Positions 4,988 to 11,068 of a DNA stretch of 11,068 bases are shown piece by piece; the first letter of the stretch is position 1; each line of letters begins with the position of its first letter. The stretch comes from an uncultured Nitrososphaerota archaeon (lineage in GTDB: Archaea; Korarchaeota; Korarchaeia; Korarchaeales; Korarchaeaceae). Under the pieces are notes generated by a model. That model was given only the letters and a program-made list of their open reading frames with translations. It had not been told where the DNA came from and searched no databases. Location: contig CAZUBM010000009.1 in assembly GCA_964618805.1 (NCBI GenBank), positions 73,374-84,441 of the forward strand. The letters run 5' to 3'. A program made the position numbers and the translations under genes.

Positions 4988-6062
4988 GTCAATTGCCTTG
5001 ATTTTTGCCTTAGCTCTAAACTTCTTGGCAGTCATAACCTTTCAAAAGGGATCTTTCCAAGTTAAAGCGCTCCCTCTTTTCATAGCATCGCTTATAGTGG
5101 TCTCATGGATAATTGGAAGGTCCTCCGACATCTTCGTTGCTGGATTGGAGGATGTTGCAAGAGATCTGGGCTTTCCAAGCTATTCCATGGGAGTTCTAAG
5201 TTCCCTTGCATCCACAATACCAGAACTAACCATGACCCTCATGGCAGTAGCTAAGGGGACTGCTGAGATGGTAGAGGTTGCCATTATAGCATCGCTAAGC
5301 AGCGTAGGAATGGGAATACTTCTGATAAGCTCTGTCACATTTATCTCAAGCCTGAAGTCAGGCAAGGCCTCGATAGAAGTGCCTAGGGAAGTACTTACTG
5401 AGGAGCTGAATGCTGTAGTCTTCACGTTATCGGCATACCTTGTGCTTTCGCTCCTGGCTTTGGCCCACATGGGATTAGGGGAGGAAGGCAGCAGCCTCAT
5501 GCCTAAGGGAGTTGGCATAATCTTAACAGTCGTTTACATATCATATCTCCTTAGGCTGTTTTTCTCAGGGAAAGGGGAAGAGGAAGGAGAGGGAAGGAGG
5601 GATAAGGCTGATATAGGTGAGATAAAAATCTCTTATTCGATCATTAAATTGATAATAGGCCTTTTTGGGATCCTTTTGGCTGGATGGCTCATAGTATCCC
5701 TCACCGAGACCCTGATATCGAGGACTGGCTTCAAGGCAGTGCATGCTGCCCTTGCCCTAGCTGCGGTTGGTACGCTTCCCGAGCACGGGGTGGCCATAGT
5801 GTGTGCTGCAAAAGGAAAGATAGATTTGGCCTTGGGGAACACGATAGGAGGGCTTAGCCAGATAGCACTCCTTGTAGTGGGCCTTATAGCTTCTCTAGCA
5901 CCAGTTCCAATCGATGCATATGTTACGACGCAGTTTGCCGTTACCTCAGCATCAATGTTGATGTTGAAGTTCTTCGTTAGGGACGACGGGAAGATAGATG
6001 TAGGAGAGGCTCTGATGATGGTAGCACTTCAGATCCTTGCATTTGACGTTTTATTGTCGTAA
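4968..6062 (+). CDS. CaCA-superfamily Ca2+:cation (Na+ or H+) antiporter
   Basis: About 10-11 hydrophobic segments with two alpha-repeats (LASTIPEL; VGTLPEHGVAI..A.KGKIDLALGN.IG...QIAL) and a central acidic loop; overlaps the upstream gene by 20 bp. Confidence 0.85.
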   Translation: MIMRRAESIALIFALALNFLAVITFQKGSFQVKALPLFIASLIVVSWIIGRSSDIFVAGLEDVARDLGFPSYSMGVLSSLASTIPELTMTLMAVAKGTAEMVEVAIIASLSSVGMGILLISSVTFISSLKSGKASIEVPREVLTEELNAVVFTLSAYLVLSLLALAHMGLGEEGSSLMPKGVGIILTVVYISYLLRLFFSGKGEEEGEGRRDKADIGEIKISYSIIKLIIGLFGILLAGWLIVSLTETLISRTGFKAVHAALALAAVGTLPEHGVAIVCAAKGKIDLALGNTIGGLSQIALLVVGLIASLAPVPIDAYVTTQFAVTSASMLMLKFFVRDDGKIDVGEALMMVALQILAFDVLLS

Positions 6063-6132
6063 TAAGCAGAATTTTATGATTTAAGGGTTTTGTATGTGGC
6101 TAGAAATGCTTGAAGAAGACCTTCGTTAAAAT

Positions 6133-6148
6133 TGTTAACATATATATG
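6133..6148 (+). promoter_or_regulatory. Putative TATA region of the aminotransferase gene
   Basis: TGTTAACATATATATG about 30-45 nt upstream of the TTG at 6178. Confidence 0.35.
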
Positions 6149-6177
6149 ATACGCTCACAAAATATGCTTGAAGTAAG

Positions 6178-7281
6178 TTGAGCTTTGGACTCTCCATCAG
6201 GGACGTGATGAGGGCTTGTACAAAGCTAAAGAGGGAGGGACATAGGGTAATAGATGCGCACATAGGAGCTCCTTCCCATGATCCCCCCGTACCCGTGGCC
6301 GAGGTTCTTTCAAATTTGGGGGAAGTTGGGAGGGAATATGCACCATTTGCTGGAATCGATGAGCTAAGGGAAGCCCTCTCAAGCTTCGCAAGGACCTACA
6401 TTGGGATAGATGTTGAGCCGGAAAGGGTCTTTGTGACAAGCAGCGGAGTACATGCCATGCTAGTCTCCATAATTGGTTTTAAAGGGAAACACGGGCTTTT
6501 TCCAGCCCCCGCCTTTCCCCTCTACTTCATCCAAACCGATCTCCTAGGCATGAGGTACGACACTTACAATCCAACTGCTCCAGATCTAATATCTGAAATA
6601 ATGGGGAAGGTTAGGGAAGACACGGCTTTCGTCATGCTTAACTATCCACACAACCCCACAGGCTATTACCCTGAAAGAGGGGTTCTAATTGAGCTCTATG
6701 AGAAGCTAAAAGATAGGGGAATTTACGTCATCGATGACGTGGTTTATCACGCAATATACTACGAGGAAAGGCCAGAGTTCGTTGGAGACTGCATGATAGA
6801 TAGCTTTTCTAAGACATTCTCCCTGCCAGGTCTTAGGGTAGGTGTAGTCTATCTGCTTGAGGGAGACCCTATCGAATTTGGAAGGAGGGTTTATGGCACC
6901 ACTGCAGGTGCAAGCGTTCTATCTCAGCTTGTTGGCCTTAGAATGATCAAAGCCCTGAAGCCCAGTTATTTGGAGGATTTAAGGGAATACTACAGGGTTA
7001 AGAGGGATATATTAGTTAAGGGCCTTGAGCAGGCAGGCTTTGAATTTCCAAGGCCTAAGGGCGCCTTTTACATTCTAGCAGAGCATGAAAGAATAAAGGA
7101 CTCCAATGAGTTTGCGAAGAAGCTTTTAGATCCTAGGAGGAAGGTATGTATAGGAGTAGTTCCTGCTCAAAGCTTTAAGGGGAAGGAAAACCAGTTTAGG
7201 ATAAGCTTTGGGAAGCTTAGCAGGAAGGACGCTGAAGTTCTCATTGATGAGCTGGAAAAAGCTGTTAAAAATTCTTCCTAG
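6178..7281 (+). CDS. PLP-dependent aminotransferase class I/II (aspartate/aromatic aminotransferase-like)
   Basis: NYPHNPTG, DDVVY, PLP-lysine motif DSFSKTFSLPGLRVG, PKGAFY and FRISFG. Confidence 0.93.
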   Translation: MSFGLSIRDVMRACTKLKREGHRVIDAHIGAPSHDPPVPVAEVLSNLGEVGREYAPFAGIDELREALSSFARTYIGIDVEPERVFVTSSGVHAMLVSIIGFKGKHGLFPAPAFPLYFIQTDLLGMRYDTYNPTAPDLISEIMGKVREDTAFVMLNYPHNPTGYYPERGVLIELYEKLKDRGIYVIDDVVYHAIYYEERPEFVGDCMIDSFSKTFSLPGLRVGVVYLLEGDPIEFGRRVYGTTAGASVLSQLVGLRMIKALKPSYLEDLREYYRVKRDILVKGLEQAGFEFPRPKGAFYILAEHERIKDSNEFAKKLLDPRRKVCIGVVPAQSFKGKENQFRISFGKLSRKDAEVLIDELEKAVKNSS

Positions 7282-7316
7282 AAAAAAATTTAAGCGAACT
7301 CAGTTGAGGGACTAGA

Positions 7317-7859
7317 ATGAAATTAGTCCTTAAGCCAGTTGGAAAAATCGATGATAAGATCCTTCTGTTCCTAGCAATCCAACTCAAAAGGGTTTTTCCG
7401 GGCATATCGATAGCCATGTCTGAGGCCATTCCGGTCCCAACTTCCTCATATGACTCAAATAGGGATCAACACGTGTCTTCCCTCATACTTGACGAAATTT
7501 TGAGCAGTTTTAGGCCGGAAATTGGGGATAAGGTGCTTGGCATTGCCGATGTTGACGCTTACTCCGGAAATCTGAATTTCGTCTTTGGAGAGGCTTATGT
7601 AAATGGAAGGGCCGCTGTAATCTACCTTAAGAGGCTTAGGCCTGAGTTCTACGGGATGGCACCAGATGAGGGGCTCTTCTTAGAGAGAATTTTGAAGGAG
7701 GCAGTTCATGAGATTGGACATACCCTAGGATTAGGACACTGCGAAAATCCTAGGTGCGTCATGCACTTCAGCAACAGCATACTTGACACGGATTATAAGG
7801 ATTATAACTTCTGCGAGAGATGTAAAAGGATGGTTGAAAGGGCTTTGATGAGATTTTAG
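7317..7859 (+). CDS. amzA: Archaemetzincin (peptidase M54 zinc metalloprotease)
   Basis: LNFVFGEA, HEIGHTLGLGHC....CVMHFSNS..DTD.K...FC.RC (Met-turn plus Cys4 Zn site); upstream AAAAAAATTTAAG promoter-like element. Confidence 0.95.
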   Translation: MKLVLKPVGKIDDKILLFLAIQLKRVFPGISIAMSEAIPVPTSSYDSNRDQHVSSLILDEILSSFRPEIGDKVLGIADVDAYSGNLNFVFGEAYVNGRAAVIYLKRLRPEFYGMAPDEGLFLERILKEAVHEIGHTLGLGHCENPRCVMHFSNSILDTDYKDYNFCERCKRMVERALMRF

Positions 7860-7867
7860 CATTAGGA

Positions 7868-7906
7868 ATTAATTATAAGTTCTCTTAAGCCTGCCTTAAA
7901 GGGGAT
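7868..7906 (+). promoter_or_regulatory. Putative TATA (TTATAA 7873-7878) and RBS-like GGGGAT for 7911-9092
   Basis: Spacing is consistent with an archaeal promoter and a short leader. Confidence 0.4.
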
Positions 7907-7910
7907 TGAG

Positions 7911-9092
7911 ATGAAAAAGAGGTCAGCTTCAGCCCTTCTATCAGCCCTAGTCATCGTTTCCTTCGTCTCAACAATCCATATCTCTGCTTGGTGGGAGGAA
8001 GGACATCAGTTAATGACAATGGAGGCAGTAGAGGTGATCTCACAGGCCCTTCCTGAGTGGGAGGAGTTCTTCCATCATTACGCTTACTTCATAAACGACA
8101 CCGTTACCTGGCCAGACATGGTTTTCAAGGCTTCTGATCCAAAGGAGGAGCCAAGGCACTACTACGATCTTGAGATCCCACCAGAAAAAAGGACTTACGA
8201 GGATGGAGTCCTTCCCTATGCTATTGAAAACTACACTCTGCTTATGGCTGAGGCACTTAAGAAGGGAGATTGGTATGAGGCCCTTGTAAACGCTGGAAGG
8301 GTAACCCACTACATACAGGACGCCCATCAGCCTTATCACTGCACCGTTAACTATAATCCCCTTGGAAAGCACGCGCTTGCAGATTCTTTGGTTGAGAAGC
8401 ACTGGAAAGAGCTTAGAATAGAGGTCTCTCCAGAGCTTCATGTGATTGAAAACCTGACGGATTACGCCATGCAAATAATTATAGACAGCAATGCAAAGGT
8501 TGCAAGGCTAAACGCGACCCTGATAGGTGATCCAGAGGATCCAAACGATGACAAGGAGTGGAGCGATGACCTTAGGGATCTTATAAGCGAGCAAGCGAGC
8601 AGGGCAATAAAGGCCACTGCTGAGCTTTGGTACACAGCCATAGTTATGGCAGGGGTTGAGCCTCCAAGCCTTGAGGGAGTTGATTTCATAAAGGTCGATT
8701 TAGTCGCTCCAAAAGAGGCTAGAACGAGGCTAACAGCAGATGTAAACCTTGAGGATGGGCTAGGAATCCCTGTAGATGCAAAAGTCACTTGGACCCTTGG
8801 GACAGATAGTGGAGAAGCTAGCAAGAGGCCATATCTCACTGGAAACTACCGAATAATAATTACGGGCGACGTTCTATCTAAGTACGCAGGTCAGGAGGTA
8901 ACCCTCTCCGTAAAGACTGAAAGGCCAGGATACACGACTGGAGAGGCATCAGTAACTGTTAAGATAGGAGGAGCTCCGACTCCAACTCCTGGACCTTCAG
9001 CAAAGGGGATGCCTTGGCTGCTGATAACAATCCTAGCCATAATCGTTGTCGTGATATTGATACTCGTACTATGGCTTAGGAGAAGGGGTTAA
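7911..9092 (+). CDS. Secreted, C-terminally membrane-anchored S1/P1 nuclease / Zn-dependent phospholipase C-fold enzyme
   Basis: Sec signal ending ISA|W; putative tri-zinc ligands W27, H32, D69, H83, H133, D137, H143, H154, D158; beta-rich C-terminal domain, PTPTPGP linker, TM helix and RRRG tail. Confidence 0.85.
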   Translation: MKKRSASALLSALVIVSFVSTIHISAWWEEGHQLMTMEAVEVISQALPEWEEFFHHYAYFINDTVTWPDMVFKASDPKEEPRHYYDLEIPPEKRTYEDGVLPYAIENYTLLMAEALKKGDWYEALVNAGRVTHYIQDAHQPYHCTVNYNPLGKHALADSLVEKHWKELRIEVSPELHVIENLTDYAMQIIIDSNAKVARLNATLIGDPEDPNDDKEWSDDLRDLISEQASRAIKATAELWYTAIVMAGVEPPSLEGVDFIKVDLVAPKEARTRLTADVNLEDGLGIPVDAKVTWTLGTDSGEASKRPYLTGNYRIIITGDVLSKYAGQEVTLSVKTERPGYTTGEASVTVKIGGAPTPTPGPSAKGMPWLLITILAIIVVVILILVLWLRRRG

Positions 9093-9095
9093 TGA

Positions 9096-9119
9096 GCCTC
9101 TTCCTCCTTCTTCTTTTTT
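9096..9119 (+). terminator. Pyrimidine-rich/oligo-T terminator between convergent genes
   Basis: CCTCTTCCTCCTTCTTCTTTTTT directly after the stop at 9092. Confidence 0.55.
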
Positions 9120-9133
9120 AATTCTTGCCCTCA

Positions 9134-11068
9134 TCACATGAGTTTACCCATCTTCTCAAGCTCCATAGCCACGTCTGAGAGACCAAGTTCCCTCAATTTC
9201 TCACCTTTAGGAAGGCCTGTCTCGAGATCGCACCCCCTATACGCGTAGTACTCATCTAACATTGTGTCTAGCTCGACGACTTGGCCCTTCGCAGGCCCGG
9301 CTGGCATTGGCTCCTTCAACATCCTTTCTGGCAGCGTATCTTCCTTTCTGCTGAGGCCTTCCCTTATGTTAAAGCATCTCCTAAGGACGCATATCCTCTC
9401 TCCTATTCTAGCAAGCTCCCTAGGATCCCCGTGCTCTGGAACACCTGTCAATGCCCCTAAGAGAGGTGCGAAATCCTCGTAGTAGTATATCATAGGCCAC
9501 ATGGCCCCGTACTTGCACGTTATGATGGAGTCAACGACTGCGTAGAAGTTCTCCGTTACCCAGGTTAAGTATCCCTTCCCCCTAGGATCCAGCCTATCGT
9601 CTATCACCATTTTCTTTGCTTCTTCCTCCCCGAACCTTTCATAAGCAAATTTCGTAGCCCAGGGAAGCTCGTCATACGTGCAAAGTCCTCTAAGATGGTC
9701 TGCTCCTCTTACATTTACAGCGTGGGCCAATCCTATGCTCTTGTGAGCCCTCCCATCTTGGGCACTTGCTTCAAGCCCTTTCACATGGATGACATAACGC
9801 TCGGTCCCTCTTCCTATGGCTTTAGATGCTCTTAATGCTCCCTCAGCAAGCAGATCACCAAATCCGTCTCTATTAGCGATCTTTTGTATTATCTCCGCTA
9901 AGAGGCTCGAGTCTCCCCATCTGAACTCTATGCCACCGGTGTCCTCCTTTGTAAGGAGGCTTTTCTCGAAGCACTCCATGACCCAGCCTATCACCTTGCC
10001 AGTAGAGATCACGTCCAGCCCGTATTCGTTACAAAGCTGATTTGCATGAATTATGGCCTCTAAATCGTCGATGAGTAGGTTGGAGCCTAAAGCAACGAGC
10101 CCTTCGTACTCTGGACCCCCTGCAAGCGTGCACTTGTAGCTACCAGCCTTTATGTGGTGAACCATCTTGCACTGAATGAAGCAATCGAAGCAGGACTTCT
10201 TGCTTATCCTGTATTTCTTCAAGCTCTCCCCGTTTATTGCTTCAGCCCTTTCGAAGATCCCAGACCAATGGTTCTTCGTTGGAAGCCTCCCTATCTCGTA
10301 GAGGACATCTACCAGGTAGGGGGTTCCGTATCTTCGCAGCGTTTCCTCTGAGATCTCCCACCATATGCCTGAAGTAGCCTTCTCATACATGGCCTTAGCT
10401 GCTTCGTAGAAGGCATCCGGATCTGCTGGTTTTACGCCCTTGCTCCCTCTAACAGCAATTGCCTTTAGCCTCTTGCTTCCCATTACAGCCCCCATTCCTG
10501 TCCTTCCTGCAGCGTCATAGAAGTCCGCTATGACGTTAGCGTATCTTACCAGCTTTTCTCCAGCTGGTCCTATGCATGCAACCTGTATGCTTGGGTCTCC
10601 CATCTCTTCTTGTATGGTCAATATCGTCTCCTTTGTGCTCTTACCCCAAAGGTGAGATGCATCCTTCAGCTCAACGTAATCATCGTCTATCCACAGATAG
10701 ACTGGCTTCTCGCTTCTACCATGGATTATTATCATGTCATAGCCAGCGTACTTTAGCTCCGGTCCAAAGTGGCCACCAACGTGGGACTCGCCCCATATAC
10801 CAGTAAGAGGGGACTTCGAAGCTATCATCCACCTGCCAGTCGCGTGGGCAAAGGTCCCTGTTGCTGGCCCTAAAGCAATAACTAACAAGTTTTCAGGACT
10901 AAATGGGTCAATTCCTGGCTTTACCCTGTCCCAGAGCACCTTTGCAGCGAAGCCAGAGCCTCCAAGGAAATCCCTTGCCCAACTATATGGAAGCTCCTTC
11001 TTCGCTATGCTCATGCTTGAGAGGTCTATCTCCAGGTAGAATCCGGCATAGCCTCCTAGTCTAGCCAT
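9134..11068 (-). CDS. aor: Tungsten-dependent aldehyde:ferredoxin oxidoreductase family protein (AOR/FOR/WOR)
   Basis: KSPLTG, GPELKYAGYD, CIGPAGE, GRTGMGAVMGSKRLKAI, Fe-S motif CFDCFIQC plus distal TCKY, GPEYE, GLDVISTG, RGADHL and EDTLPER; the subfamily cannot be determined by eye. Confidence 0.95.
   Translation of the reverse strand: MARLGGYAGFYLEIDLSSMSIAKKELPYSWARDFLGGSGFAAKVLWDRVKPGIDPFSPENLLVIALGPATGTFAHATGRWMIASKSPLTGIWGESHVGGHFGPELKYAGYDMIIIHGRSEKPVYLWIDDDYVELKDASHLWGKSTKETILTIQEEMGDPSIQVACIGPAGEKLVRYANVIADFYDAAGRTGMGAVMGSKRLKAIAVRGSKGVKPADPDAFYEAAKAMYEKATSGIWWEISEETLRRYGTPYLVDVLYEIGRLPTKNHWSGIFERAEAINGESLKKYRISKKSCFDCFIQCKMVHHIKAGSYKCTLAGGPEYEGLVALGSNLLIDDLEAIIHANQLCNEYGLDVISTGKVIGWVMECFEKSLLTKEDTGGIEFRWGDSSLLAEIIQKIANRDGFGDLLAEGALRASKAIGRGTERYVIHVKGLEASAQDGRAHKSIGLAHAVNVRGADHLRGLCTYDELPWATKFAYERFGEEEAKKMVIDDRLDPRGKGYLTWVTENFYAVVDSIITCKYGAMWPMIYYYEDFAPLLGALTGVPEHGDPRELARIGERICVLRRCFNIREGLSRKEDTLPERMLKEPMPAGPAKGQVVELDTMLDEYYAYRGCDLETGLPKGEKLRELGLSDVAMELEKMGKLM

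Noticed and set aside
3504-6439. Shadow ORFs 3504-3695, 3959-4198, 4743-4943, 5180-5518, 5633-5842, 6197-6439
   Set aside because: Antisense to well-supported genes, with atypical composition and no motifs.
6725-6740. Perfect 16-bp palindrome ACGTCATCGATGACGT
   Set aside because: Lies inside the conserved YVIDDV motif of the aminotransferase, far from promoters and single-copy; most likely incidental.
8040-10806. Shadow ORFs 8040-8474, 8462-8839, 9264-9482, 9816-10040, 10154-10351, 10576-10806
   Set aside because: Antisense to the nuclease-fold and AOR genes; a typical by-product of codon bias.
1-11068. tRNA/rRNA genes, transposases, selenocysteine/pyrrolysine readthrough
   Set aside because: No cloverleaf or GC-rich structural RNA segment, no transposase ORF, and the enzyme ORFs appear full-length without internal stops.

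Overview
Archaeal chromosomal segment, probably from a thermophilic TACK-type archaeon (inferred from AGG/AGA/ATA codon use, TATA/BRE-like promoters, GGTGA-type RBSs, archaemetzincin and a tungsten-type AOR). The right half (6.2-11.1 kb) is metabolic: class I/II aminotransferase, archaemetzincin, a membrane-anchored S1/P1-nuclease/PLC-fold enzyme and an AOR-family oxidoreductase. The middle (2.7-6.1 kb) looks like a metal/redox block: a cysteine-free PerR-like Fur protein flanked by related palindromes, a DUF3227/NitrOD5-like protein, a Cys-motif putative Fe-S protein divergent from an FMN-binding split-barrel protein, and a CaCA antiporter. The left end is accessory: a 5'-truncated DUF3782-like coiled-coil/PD-(D/E)XK gene with 4x54-bp repeats, a small Zn-ribbon membrane protein and the most unusual gene (770-1972). 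That gene fuses an archaeal pilin-like N-terminus to cationic 11-residue amphipathic repeats and a Gly/Ala-rich hydrophobic segment resembling pre-toxin/pore-forming regions, making it a candidate pilus-associated membrane-active effector. No rRNA, tRNA, CRISPR array or transposase was seen. All family calls are from motif recognition, not database searches.
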